Shown: one piece after another, positions 36,359 to 45,700 of the stretch
Layout: each line of letters starts with the position of its first letter
Numbering within the stretch: position 1 is the first letter of the stretch
Source of the DNA: Acidimicrobiia bacterium
GTDB lineage: Bacteria > Actinomycetota > Acidimicrobiia > IMCC26256 > PALSA-610
Direction: 5' to 3'
Assembly: GCA_038323195.1 (NCBI GenBank)
Contig: JBBQGQ010000015.1
Coordinates: 33,527 to 97,526, forward strand
DNA: 64,000 nucleotides
Made by a program: the position numbers and the translations under genes
Notes under the pieces: generated by a model
What the model was told of the DNA's origin: nothing
Seen by the model: the letters and a program-made list of their open reading frames with translations, nothing else
The model's database searches: none

Positions 36359-37818
36359 GCACCCTCGACGAGCTCGCGCTGGCGCGCACCACGCTGTCGG
36401 GCGGCGATCTCGTGCACGTGGAACGCCTGGTCTCCTCGTGGCGGCACCTCGCCGACCTCTCGTTCGCCGACCTGTTGTTGCTCGCGCCCATCACCGGCGA
36501 GGAGGGCCACCGCTTCGTCGTGCTCGCGCAGGTCCGGCCGGTCACCGGGCAGACCAACTACCCGCAAGACCTCGTCGGCACCGTCGTCGACGAGGTGGAA
36601 CGGCCGCTGTACGCCCGGTGCTGGCGGTCGGCCGACATCGTCCGCGGCGACACCTCAGCCCTCGGCTCGAAGGATCGGGTGCGGGTGCAGGTGATCCCCG
36701 TCCGGCGAGACGAGCGGCTCATCGGGCTCGTCACACGCGAAGAGTCAATGACACTCGCCCGCCGTTCGGGGGAGCTCGAACGCACGTATTTCGACGTCTT
36801 CGATCGATTCGCTCGGATGATCGCCGACGGGACCTTCCCCTTCGACGTCGACGAGGTCGAGATGGAGAGCGCGCCGCGTGTCGGTGACGGTGTCATCGTG
36901 ATCGACGCGGAGACGCGCGTGAAGTTCGCGAGCCCGAACGCGGTGAGCTCGCTGCACCGCATGGGCATTCACGCCTATGCCCAGTCGCAGCAGCTGATCG
37001 ACGTCGGCTTCGACGACACGGCCGCGCGCAGCGCCATGCTCTTGTCCCTTCCGGTCGCGGAGGAGATCGAGGGCGACGACGTGTCGGTGCTCGTGCGCGT
37101 ATTGCCGTTGGTCGATCGGAAACAGCCCGCGGGCGCGCTCGTCCTGCTCCGAGACGTCAGCGATCTTCGCCGGCGCGATCGTCTGCTGCTCTCGAAGGAC
37201 GCGACGATTCGAGAGATCCATCACCGCGTCAAGAACAACCTCCAGACGATTGCATCTCTCTTGCGGCTCCAAGGCCGGCGGTTGCAGTCGCCCGAGGCCC
37301 GCGCGGCGCTCAGGGAGTCGGAGCGGCGCATTCGCTCGATCGCCATTGTGCACGAGACGCTGTCGCGCGAGGCAGGCGACGTCGTGTCGCTGAACGAGAT
37401 CGTTCGGCCGCTCGCACGGCTCGTCGAGGAGACGACCTCGACGCCCGAGCACATCATCCGGTTCAAGGTGGAAGGCGACGCGGGAGAGGTCCCCGGTGAG
37501 GTCGCGACGCCGCTCGCGGTCGTCCTCAACGAGCTGATGCAGAACGCGGTCGACCATGCCTTCCCGGAAGGCGCGAGTGACGACGCGCTGGTCCAGGTGA
37601 ACCTCTCGCGCACCGACGGTCACGTCGAGATCGAGGTGCGCGACAACGGCGCGGGTCTGCCGGACCAGTTCACGCTCGAGGGATCGCGCGGTCTCGGGCT
37701 GTCGATCGTGCAGGCGCTCGTGACGAGCGAACTCCAGGGTTCGATCGAGATGCACGACGACGACGGCACGTCGGTGCTCGTGCGCGTGCCGGTCGAGATG
37801 CCCCGGATCGACCTCTAG
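36355..37818 (+). CDS. pdtaS: PdtaS-type sensor histidine kinase (GAF/PAS N-terminus, HisKA_2 + HATPase_c)
   Basis: 487-aa ORF. The H-box EIHHRVKNNLQTIASLLRLQ is HisKA_2/HWE-like. The C-terminal N, G1 and G2 boxes are LNELMQNAVDHAF, VRDNGAGLP and GLGLSIV. The start overlaps the upstream stop. Confidence 0.85.
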   Translation: MSTLDELALARTTLSGGDLVHVERLVSSWRHLADLSFADLLLLAPITGEEGHRFVVLAQVRPVTGQTNYPQDLVGTVVDEVERPLYARCWRSADIVRGDTSALGSKDRVRVQVIPVRRDERLIGLVTREESMTLARRSGELERTYFDVFDRFARMIADGTFPFDVDEVEMESAPRVGDGVIVIDAETRVKFASPNAVSSLHRMGIHAYAQSQQLIDVGFDDTAARSAMLLSLPVAEEIEGDDVSVLVRVLPLVDRKQPAGALVLLRDVSDLRRRDRLLLSKDATIREIHHRVKNNLQTIASLLRLQGRRLQSPEARAALRESERRIRSIAIVHETLSREAGDVVSLNEIVRPLARLVEETTSTPEHIIRFKVEGDAGEVPGEVATPLAVVLNELMQNAVDHAFPEGASDDALVQVNLSRTDGHVEIEVRDNGAGLPDQFTLEGSRGLGLSIVQALVTSELQGSIEMHDDDGTSVLVRVPVEMPRIDL

Positions 37819-37825
37819 CCGAGGT

Positions 37826-38182
37826 TTACGCCAGCCGGGTGGCGGGCGCCGTCGCGGCGACGACGTCGAGGCCCTTGCGGAGCCGACGACGCTCTTCCTC
37901 CGTCGTGCCCCCCCAGACCCCGGCCTCCTGGTTCGTCGCGAGCGCGAACTCGAGGCATTGGCTCGTCACCGGACATTCCTCGCACACCTGCTTCGCGGCG
38001 TCGATCTGGTCGAGCGCGAGGCCGGTGGTCCCGATGGGGAAGAACAGCTCGGGGCTCGTGTCGCGACAAGATGCCCGGTCGCGCCAGTCCTCGGCGTCCC
38101 AATCGTGGGTTCGAATCCAGGTCAGCGCCACTTCTTCCCCCTTGCCGGGTCGCATAGCCATCACGGCCGCCATGACGGCCAC
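37826..38182 (-). CDS. whiB: WhiB family Fe-S redox-sensing transcription factor (WhiB1-like)
   Basis: CRDTSPELFFPIGTTGLALDQIDAAKQVCEECPVTSQCLEFALATNQEAGVWGGTTEEERRRL has the four WhiB Cys and the GVWGG turn. The start is uncertain: GTG at 38182, or in-frame ATGs at 38173, 38161 and 38155. Confidence 0.9.
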   Translation of the reverse strand: MAVMAAVMAMRPGKGEEVALTWIRTHDWDAEDWRDRASCRDTSPELFFPIGTTGLALDQIDAAKQVCEECPVTSQCLEFALATNQEAGVWGGTTEEERRRLRKGLDVVAATAPATRLA

Positions 38183-38192
38183 GCCACTCGCT

Positions 38193-38208
38193 TGTGCGCC
38201 CGATCACA
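38193..38208. promoter_or_regulatory. candidate CRP/FNR-family binding site TGTGC-N6-TCACA upstream of whiB
   Basis: TGTGCGCCCGATCACA was read directly. It matches 9 of 10 half-site positions of TGTGA-N6-TCACA and lies 11-38 bp upstream of the candidate whiB start codons. Confidence 0.5.
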
Positions 38209-38345
38209 AATGTTCCCCACCTGCGTTTCTCCGCAGCGTTTGCAGGCTAGGGGGCAAACATTGCGGCGGCAAGGGGTTTGAGCAGGACTTTCGCGCCGCG
38301 GAGTGGAACGTGTTCCGGTTCGGACTGTTCGTAGGCTGCACCGTC

Positions 38346-39077
38346 ATGGTGGATCGCCCGCTCGTGCTGGGCCACCGAGGTGCGTCGCGGGCCCGGCCGG
38401 AGAACACCCTCGACGCGTTCTCGAAGGCGCGCGCGCTCGGCGCAGACGGCGTCGAGCTGGATGCCCGCAGGACCGCGGACGGCTCGCTCGTGGTGCACCA
38501 CGACCCGGCGGTCGAGGGTTTCGGGCTGATCGTCGAGCACGAGCTCCGCGAGCTGCGCCGTGCCCATTCCGAGATCCCGACTCTGGCCGAGGCGCTCGCC
38601 GAGTGCGCGGGGATGATCGTCAACGTCGAGATCAAATGCCTGCCGTGGGAGCCCGACGCCGACACACCGGATCGGTTCGTCGTGCGCGCCGTCGCCGAGA
38701 TCGTGCGCGCCGCAGGCCGGCACGGTGCGGCGGACTCCGATTTCGTCGTGTCGTCGTTCGATCTGGGCGCGATCGACGCCTACGCGGCGTTCGCGCCCGA
38801 GATCGCGACCGCGTGGCTGACGAGCGGTCAGGACATCGCGCCGGCCGCGGCGATCGCGGCCGAGCACGGTCACGGCTGGCTGAACCCCGATCGAGTCTCG
38901 GCGCTGCGAGCGTCGGCGGACGAGATTCTCGACGCACACCGATCGGGGCTGCGCGTGAGCGTTTGGACGGTCGACGACCCGGACGAGATCGCAACCCTGG
39001 CGGCCGCCGGCGTCGACGCGATCATCACCGACGTTCCCGACGTTGCGCTCGAGGTGCTCAAGGAACGACGACGGTGA
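38346..39077 (+). CDS. glycerophosphodiester phosphodiesterase
   Basis: ATG at 38346. LVLGHRGASRARPENTLDAFSKARALGADGVELDARRTADGSLVVHHD is the GDPD catalytic motif (HR..E.T...F; E.D). Confidence 0.9.
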   Translation: MVDRPLVLGHRGASRARPENTLDAFSKARALGADGVELDARRTADGSLVVHHDPAVEGFGLIVEHELRELRRAHSEIPTLAEALAECAGMIVNVEIKCLPWEPDADTPDRFVVRAVAEIVRAAGRHGAADSDFVVSSFDLGAIDAYAAFAPEIATAWLTSGQDIAPAAAIAAEHGHGWLNPDRVSALRASADEILDAHRSGLRVSVWTVDDPDEIATLAAAGVDAIITDVPDVALEVLKERRR

Positions 39078-39969
39078 GCGCGTCAGGTTCGTACTCGATG
39101 TCGAGCTGCTCGGTGTCGCCGGCGTCGTCGCCGTCGACCTGATAGGCGAAGGGCTCGCCACTGCGGACGAGGATCCGGTGCAGATCGTGGCGGTGATCGA
39201 CACCCGAACGGTGAGCGAGGAACCGGCCCGTCCGCATCGCCGACGCCGCGCCCCCGAGGAGCGTCAAGGTGTCGAGCCTGCGGAACGCCGTGAGCGCCAG
39301 CGGCCGGTCGAGGCCCGAGTCGGGTGCGATCGCCAGGGGGAGGGGCCCGAGATACGTGTACGGGTCGGACTTGGAGACGACCGCGAACCGCGCGCCTTCG
39401 ATCACCTCGCCGGTATCGAGCTCGAGGTCGATCCGGGTACGCGTGCCCTCGCCGCGGAAGAAGACCTCGAACGCGGCCGCGATGTGCAGCGGGTGCGAGA
39501 AACGACGTTTCAGCTCGCCGAAGCGTTCGACGCGCCGGATCACCGCGGCGTCGAAACCGATGCCGGCGTTGAAGAGGAACGGCCTGCGATTCGCACGGCC
39601 GACGCCGACGCGTTTGGTCGCGCCGCGCGCGAGCGATCGCAGTAGCTCGTTGGTCGCGTCCATCGCATCGGTCGCGAAGCCGAGCGTCCGCGCGTAGACG
39701 TTGGTCGACCCCCCGGGGAGCGGCGCGAGCGCAGTTCCCGTACGCAAGAGCCCATCGGCCGCTTCGTTCAGCGTACCGTCGCCCGCGAGCACTACGACGA
39801 CGTCGAACCCGTCGTTCGCCGCCGCGCGCGCGAGTCGGGTCGCGTGTCCGCGCCGCGACGTCTCGGCGACCTCGACCTCGTGCTGCGCGGCGAGCAACTT
39901 GCGGATCATCACGCGCTTGCGGGCCGTGACGGACGACGCGGTCGCGTTGACGAGGAGCAAGACCCGCAC
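39058..39969 (-). CDS. diacylglycerol/lipid kinase family protein (YegS/DagK-like)
   Basis: 303-aa ORF. VVVLAGDGTLNEAADGL...APLPGGSTNVYARTLG is the DAGK catalytic domain signature. TACCCT lies 6 nt upstream of the GTG at 39969. Confidence 0.85.
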   Translation of the reverse strand: MRVLLLVNATASSVTARKRVMIRKLLAAQHEVEVAETSRRGHATRLARAAANDGFDVVVVLAGDGTLNEAADGLLRTGTALAPLPGGSTNVYARTLGFATDAMDATNELLRSLARGATKRVGVGRANRRPFLFNAGIGFDAAVIRRVERFGELKRRFSHPLHIAAAFEVFFRGEGTRTRIDLELDTGEVIEGARFAVVSKSDPYTYLGPLPLAIAPDSGLDRPLALTAFRRLDTLTLLGGAASAMRTGRFLAHRSGVDHRHDLHRILVRSGEPFAYQVDGDDAGDTEQLDIEYEPDALTVVVP

Positions 39970-40010
39970 CTCCGGAGGGTACCTGGGCCGCGCCCGTAGG
40001 CTCGCGCTCC

Positions 40011-40724
40011 GTGTCGGAACATGAGCTTCGTGCGTTGACCGCCGAGATCGTCACGTGCCGCGCGTGCCCACGCCTGGTCGCATGGCGCGAGGAGGTCGCG
40101 CGTGAGAAGCGCGCCGCGTATCGCGACGAGGAGTACTGGGGACGCCCGGTGCCGGGCTTCGGCGACCATCGCGCCCGGCTCTTGCTCGTCGGCCTCGCGC
40201 CTGCGGCTCACGGAGGCAACCGCACCGGGCGGGTGTTCACCGGCGATCGGTCGGGCGATTTCCTCTTCGCGGCGCTGCATCGCACCGGCTACGCGAACCG
40301 GGCCGAGTCGATCCGCGCCGGCGACGGCCTCGAGCTCACCGATGCCTACGTCGCCGCGGCTGTCCGCTGCGCGCCGCCTGCGAACAAACCGACGCCCCAG
40401 GAGCGCGACTCGTGCATGCCGTACCTGGTGCGGGAGTTGCAGTTGCTCACGCAGGTCCGGGTGATCGTCGTGCTGGGCGCGTTCGGATACGTCGCGACCT
40501 GGGCGACCCTCCGCGCGGCCGCGCTCCCGGGGGTCGAGCTACCCGAACGGCGGCCGCGCTTCGCGCACGGACTCGAAGTCGGGTGCGGCCGCGTCACTGT
40601 TGTCGGCGCGTTCCACCCCAGTCAGCAGAACACCTTCACCGGCAGGCTGACACCCAGCATGCTCGATGACGTGTTCGCAAGGTCCCGTCAGCTGATCCAG
40701 GCCAAGACCTCGCCCACGCCGTAG
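40011..40724 (+). CDS. uracil-DNA glycosylase, family 5 (UdgB-like)
   Basis: CRACPRLVAWREEV... carries Fe-S Cys residues. Motif A is GLAPAAHGGNRTGRVFTGD (family 5 has GLAPA, family 4 has GE(A/G)PG), and HPS is near the C-terminus. Confidence 0.8.
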   Translation: MSEHELRALTAEIVTCRACPRLVAWREEVAREKRAAYRDEEYWGRPVPGFGDHRARLLLVGLAPAAHGGNRTGRVFTGDRSGDFLFAALHRTGYANRAESIRAGDGLELTDAYVAAAVRCAPPANKPTPQERDSCMPYLVRELQLLTQVRVIVVLGAFGYVATWATLRAAALPGVELPERRPRFAHGLEVGCGRVTVVGAFHPSQQNTFTGRLTPSMLDDVFARSRQLIQAKTSPTP

Positions 40725-41467
40725 ATCACCGCGATGATCCCGAGTGCGGCGCCGACGCTGTACCGCAACAACCGGTCGGTCGCGTTGATCGTGAAGTGCG
40801 CGCCGATGCGCGCGCCGGGAATGACGCCGACTGCGAGCGCGCCGGCGAACGTCCAGTCGATGTGACCGAGGTACCAGTGCGTCAGCGTGCCGGGAATCGC
40901 GAAGATCCCCACACACGCCAGCGAGGTCGCGATGGTCTCCCGCAGCGGCATGCCGATCCAAGCGGAGAATGCGGGCACCATGAGGATGCCGCCGCCGATG
41001 CCGAGCAGGCCCGACAGCGCGCCGGCGGCGATGCCGATGATCGCGAGTCGCCACCACTCATCGTCGAGCGGCATACCCGCGCGCCCGAGCGTGCGGAGCG
41101 TCGGGAAGGCCGTGCGATAGGCGGTGTACGCGATCAGCACCGCGGTCAGGATCATGAGCGCGTGACCGTTGCCGGGAACCGCGCCCGACAGGCGCGAGCC
41201 CACGATCGACGCGGGGACGCCGAACGCGGCGGTGACCAGCACGACGCGCGGCAGGATGTATCCCTCGCGGCGATAGCGGAGCGAGCCGGAGATCGACGAC
41301 GGCAGGATCGACGGCAAGGTCGACCCGATCGCCTGGAGCGCAGTCGCGCCCAGCGCCCGGATCGCAGGAGTCGATACGACGGCTCCGCCGATGCCGAACA
41401 TGCCCGACAGCACTCCGGTCGTGACGCCGACGAGCAAGGTGATCGCGATCTCGAGCCACAGCGGCAC
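40688..41467 (-). CDS. TauE/SafE family sulfite exporter-like membrane protein
   Basis: GTG at 41467 gives MPLWLEIAITLLVGVTTGVLSGMFGIGGAVV... and a second half with LSGLLGIGGGILMVP, an internal duplication typical of TauE/SafE (DUF81). The upstream 288 aa of the track ORF are an artefact. Confidence 0.8.
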   Translation of the reverse strand: MPLWLEIAITLLVGVTTGVLSGMFGIGGAVVSTPAIRALGATALQAIGSTLPSILPSSISGSLRYRREGYILPRVVLVTAAFGVPASIVGSRLSGAVPGNGHALMILTAVLIAYTAYRTAFPTLRTLGRAGMPLDDEWWRLAIIGIAAGALSGLLGIGGGILMVPAFSAWIGMPLRETIATSLACVGIFAIPGTLTHWYLGHIDWTFAGALAVGVIPGARIGAHFTINATDRLLRYSVGAALGIIAVIYGVGEVLAWIS

Positions 41468-41536
41468 CTCGAGGAAGGTAGTGCCTGCGGCCGTTTGTCC
41501 CGGGAACGGTACGCCTCGACCCGGTACGCTCGCGAG

Positions 41537-42439
41537 ATGGCGAGCGACCTCGATCTCCGCGGCGTCTGGGTTCCGCTGATCACGCCGTTCGACGCGCACG
41601 GCGCGGTCGACGTCGGCGCGATCGAGCGACTGTGTCACGAGTTCTCCTCCGCGGGTGTGAGCGGCATCGTCGCCCTCGGCACCACAGGCGAGGCGAGCTC
41701 GCTCGACGCCGGCGAGAAGCAAACCGTCATCGACGCGGTTATGCGCGCGTGCACCGCCGCGCATGCGCGGGTGATCGTCGGCACCGGCTCGAACAACACC
41801 GACGCGACGATCCGCGCCACGGCTGCGCTCGCCGGCACTCCCGGTGTGGTCGCCGCGCTCGTCGTCGTGCCGTATTACGTGCGACCGTCGACTGCGGGGA
41901 TCGTCGCGCATTTCCGCGCGGTCGCGGCGGCGAGCCCGGTTCCGGTGATCGTCTACAACATCCCGGCGCGTACCGGTCGCGACGTGGGCGCGGCGGGTCT
42001 GCTCGAGCTCGCTCGGATAAAGAACATCGCCGGCGTCAAGCAAGCCGTCGCCACGCTCGACGCCGACACGCTGGAGGTGCTCGCGGGCGCGCCCCAGGGC
42101 TTCGGCGTGCTGGGCGGCGAAGACACCTTGCTGTTCCCGCTCATGTGCATGGGCGCCGTGGGCACGATCTCGGCCGCCGCCCACCTGTGCACCGACCGAT
42201 TCGTCGCGATGATCGAATGTGGGCTCGCCGGCAAGATCGAAGATGGTCGCGCCCACGCCGAGGCGTTGCTTCCCGTGATACGCGCCGCCTACGCCGATCC
42301 GAATCCGGCGATCTTCAAGGGCGTGCTGCACGCCCAGGGCCGTATCGCGACCCCGGACGTACGCCTCCCGCTCACGAACGGCTCGGCCGAGGGCATCCGG
42401 CGGTGTCTCGATGCGGTCGGAGACGCGACCCAGCCGTAG
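41537..42439 (+). CDS. dihydrodipicolinate synthase/N-acetylneuraminate lyase family (DapA-like) enzyme
   Basis: ATG at 41537. GIVALGTTGEASSL, VVPYYVRP, VIVYNIPARTG and the Schiff-base Lys in IAGVKQA. Confidence 0.85.
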   Translation: MASDLDLRGVWVPLITPFDAHGAVDVGAIERLCHEFSSAGVSGIVALGTTGEASSLDAGEKQTVIDAVMRACTAAHARVIVGTGSNNTDATIRATAALAGTPGVVAALVVVPYYVRPSTAGIVAHFRAVAAASPVPVIVYNIPARTGRDVGAAGLLELARIKNIAGVKQAVATLDADTLEVLAGAPQGFGVLGGEDTLLFPLMCMGAVGTISAAAHLCTDRFVAMIECGLAGKIEDGRAHAEALLPVIRAAYADPNPAIFKGVLHAQGRIATPDVRLPLTNGSAEGIRRCLDAVGDATQP

Positions 42440-42449
42440 CCTCGAGCGC

Positions 42450-42647
42450 GTGTCCCGCCGCGTCGCCTGGTTCCTGCTCGCGCTGTGCGGGTGGACGCTC
42501 TACATCTGGATCACGCTCGTCGTGATCATCGGCCGCCAGAACCACGCGTTGGGCTTCAAGATCGTGCACGACACCCTCGCCGCGATCTCGATCGCGTTCG
42601 GTCTTGGCGCCGGCTTCGTCGGCTGGCGCGCCCTGCGCTCGCGCTGA
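42450..42647 (+). CDS. small 2-TM membrane protein (SCO4848-like)
   Basis: GTG at 42450 gives MSRRVAWFLLALCGWTLYIWITLVV...HDTLAAISIAFGLGAGFVGWRALRSR. It resembles the roughly 65-70-aa actinobacterial SCO4848 family as I remember it. Confidence 0.6.
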   Translation: MSRRVAWFLLALCGWTLYIWITLVVIIGRQNHALGFKIVHDTLAAISIAFGLGAGFVGWRALRSR

Positions 42648-42700
42648 CGATCGATCTGCAACGCTACGGCTTCTGAACGGTTGTCGGCGGCGCGAAAGGT

Positions 42701-45700
42701 TTAGCCGTCGAGGCGAATCGCGGCGTCGAGCAGGGCGTTTTGCTCGGCGTCGTGCACTGTGGAGCTACCACTGGCCGGGCTCGGGCTCTCGGCCCTGGCA
42801 ATCACCGCGACCGGACGCCCGTGCGCGATCTCCTCGAGCCGGCGGCGCGCGAAGTATCGGGCGCCCATGTTCCCCGGTTCCTCCTGCGCCCAGATGACCT
42901 CGGCGTCGGGATACCGAGCGAGGACCGCGTCGAGCTCTTGGCGCGGCCAGGGGTAGAGCTGCTCGAGCCGCACGACTGCGACCGGTGCGTGCTCCGCATC
43001 GCGCCGGGCGATCAGCTCGTGACCGAACTTGCCACTGCAGAAAATGACCCGCTCGACCTCGGCGGGCGCCGCCGGATCGTCGAGCACGGGCTCGAAGCCG
43101 CCCGCGGTGAACGCGCCGACCGGTGACGCGGTCACCGGCATCCGCAAGTAGCGCTTCGGTGTCATGACGATCAGTGGCTTGCGGGTCGGGTCGTGCATCT
43201 GTCGGCGGAGCACGTGGAAATACTGCGCGGCGGTCGTGGGGTACACGACGCGAATGTTGTCCTGCGCGCTCAACACGAGGAACCGCTCGAGGCGCGCGGA
43301 GGAGTGCTCCGGGCCCTGGCCCTCGAAGCCGTGCGGGAGCAGCATCACCAGGCCGCTGCGCTGTCCCCATTTGTCCTCGGCGGCGACGATGAACTGATCG
43401 ATGATCGTCTGCGCCCCGTTGTCGAAGTCGCCGAACTGCGCTTCCCAGCACACGAGCGCGTCGTGGTCGGAAACGGAGTAGCCGTACTCGAAGCCGACGG
43501 CTGCGAACTCGGACAGCACCGTGTCGTAGATCATGAACGGTGCCGCGTCGGTACCGAGGTGCTCGAGCGACGTGTACTCCTGCTCGGTGCGGTGGTCGAC
43601 GACGGTGGCGTGCCTCTGGCTGAACGTCCCCCGACGTGTGTCCTGGCCTGCAACTCGCACGGGCGTGCCTTCGAGCAGCAGCGACCCGAACGCGAGTGCT
43701 TCCGCCAGCGCCCAGTCGATCTGGTCACCGTCGAACTCGGTGCGGCGGTTCGCGAGGATGCGCGCCAGCTTCGGGTGGGGCTCGAAGCCGGGCGGGAAGG
43801 TGGTCAAAGCATCGACGATCCGGTCGAGCCGCTCGCGGGGCACGCCGGTGGCGACGTGCGCCGGCGTCGGTTCCGGCGGTTCGGTGCCGACCGTCGCGGG
43901 CGGCCGCTCGCTCGTCTTCGTCTCGTCGAATGCCACTTCGAGCCGGCCCCGGAAATCTTCGAGCGCGTGCTCCGCTTCGTCGAGGGTCAGGTCTCCACGG
44001 TTCACGAGGAGCTCGGTGTAGAGCTTGCGGATCGAACGGCGCTTGCTTATCACCGCGTACATGCGCGGTTGCGTGAACGCGGGCTCGTCGCTCTCGTTGT
44101 GCCCATACCTCCGATAGCACACCATGTCGACGACGACGTCCTTCTTGAAGACGTTGCGGAACTCGAGCGCCAACCGGATCGTGCGCACGGATGCTTCGGG
44201 ATCGTCGCCGTTCACGTGGAAGATCGGCGCCTGCACCGCCTTGGCGATGTCGGTCGCGTACACGGTCGAGCGTGCGAATCCGGGCGGGGTGGTGAAGCCG
44301 ACCTGATTGTTGACGACGATGTGCACCGTGCCGCCGACGTCGTAGCCGGGGAGCTCGGAGAGGTTCAGGGTCTCGGCGACCACGCCCTGGCCGGCGAACG
44401 CGGCATCGCCGTGGATGAGCACCGACAGCACATGGTCGTGCGACGCGTCGCCCAGTCGGTCCTGCTTGGCCCGCGCCATCCCTTCGGCCACCGGATCGAC
44501 CGCTTCGAGATGGCTCGGGTTCGCGGCCATGGTGATGCCGATCGTCGCGCCCGAGGCGGCGGTGAACTTCCCCGTTGCGCCGACGTGGTATTTCACGTCG
44601 CCCGAGCCCTGCGGCACGCTGGGATCGAGCTCGCCCTCGAACTCGCGGAAGATCTGCTCGTACGACTTGCCGACGACGTTGGCGAGCACGTTGAGTCGCC
44701 CGCGGTGCGCCATCGCCATCACGACCTCTTCGACGCCGGCGTCGGCCGCGCGGTCGATCAGGAAGTCGAGCATCGGGATCAGCGTCTCGGCGCCTTCGAG
44801 GCTGAAGCGCTTCTGGCCTAGGAACTTCGTGTGCAGGAAGCGTTCGAACGCCTCGGCGCCGTTCAACGCCGACAAGATGCGACGTTTGTCGTCGAGTGAC
44901 GTGTCTCCGTGTACGCCTTCGACCTTCTGCTGGATCCACGCCTTCTGGTCGGGCTCCTGGATGTGCATGTACTCGACGCCGATGGTGCGCGCGTACGCGT
45001 CGCGCAGCACGCCGAGGATGTCGCGCAGCTTCATGGCGTCACCGCCCGCGAGCCCGCCGGTGGGGAACTCGCGGTCGAGGTCCCAGATCGTGAGGCCCCA
45101 GTGGTTGGGATCGAGCTCCTCGTGGGTGCGCGGTTCCTTGAGGCCGAGCGGATCGAGGTTCGCGATGAGGTGCCCGCGCACGCGGTACATGTTGATGAGC
45201 TGCTGCACGGCGATGATCTTGTGCTGCGCCTCGACCGAGTCTTCGAGCGGGCTGTGGTCGGGCGACCAGCGCGCCGGCTCGTAGGGGACGCCGAAGCTGG
45301 AGAAGATGTCGTCGTAGAAGGCGTCGCCCCCGAGCAGGAGATCGTGGAGCGACGCGAGGAGCTCGCCGCTCTCCGCGCCCTGGATGATGCGGTGGTCGTA
45401 GGTGCTGGTGAGGGTGACGGTCTTGCTGACGCCGATCTCGGCGAGCGTCTGCGGATCGGCCCCTTCGTACTCGGGTGGATAGGTGATCGCGCCCACACCG
45501 ACGATGACTCCCTGGCCGGGCATGAGGCGCGGCACCGAATGCAGCGTCCCGATCGTGCCGGGGTTCGTGAGCGATACCGTCGTCCCGACGAAGTCGTCGA
45601 CCGTCAGCTTGTTCGTGCGCGCCCGGCGGATGAGGTCCTCGTACGCGGCGTGGAACGCGGCGAAGTCGAGTGTGTCGGCGTTCTTCACGTTCGGCACGAG

